Positions 63,743 to 64,000 of a stretch of 64,000 bases of DNA are shown here, piece after piece. The DNA is from Octopus sinensis. Lineage: Eukaryota. A program made the position numbers and the translations under genes. Numbering within the stretch: the stretch's first letter is position 1; the number at the start of each line of letters is the position of its first letter. The stretch spans positions 38,254,001 to 38,318,000 of the forward strand of contig NC_043000.1 in NCBI RefSeq assembly GCF_006345805.1, in the 5' to 3' direction. The notes below the pieces were generated by a model. The model had not been told where the DNA came from. It worked only from the letters and a program-made list of their open reading frames with translations, and did not search any database.

Positions 63743-64000
63743 TTTTAAATAAAAATTTTCTTGTTCTGTACTTTTCCAAGTGCAATAACTTGCCCTGCAT
63801 TTTTCCATGTAATCCATGTTTTTTCCATGCTAATTAATAATGTGTCAAATGTGTTAATTAGCTGTGTCATAGATATTTTTTTCTTACCTCAATGATGCCA
63901 GTGACATATATTAAAAGTCTCCTTAATGAACTATACTCATAAAAAAGTATTTATTACCCTCAAATTTGAGAAACAAACAACTTTTTTCTTTTAAAACTTC

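Overview
This is an AT-rich, microsatellite-saturated eukaryotic repeat region. The SINE families and the (TA)n/(TAA)n/(TACA)n load suggest an octopus or other coleoid cephalopod genome (inference, not verified). I found no supportable host protein-coding exon; almost all ORFs in the track are low-complexity translations of microsatellites. Recognisable content: Penelope-like elements (PLE; RT + GIY-YIG) at 28.9-31.9 kb and 20.3-21.4 kb, plus a remnant at 46.3-46.6 kb; many 3' fragments of restriction-like-endonuclease (RLE; R4/Dong/CRE-type) LINEs sitting in (TAA)n or (TACA)n tracts; CR1-like LINE ends; a mariner remnant; hAT and Tc1/mariner MITEs; a non-autonomous Helitron; and dozens of tRNA-derived SINEs. 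The most striking signal is a set of minimal type I hammerhead ribozyme (HHR) motifs with palindromic helix III, from about seven sequence families. Most lie in fold-back (inverted-repeat) mini-elements inserted in microsatellites, and one family couples a tRNA-like Pol III head to the hammerhead module. Coordinates were read by eye and may be off by a few bases.
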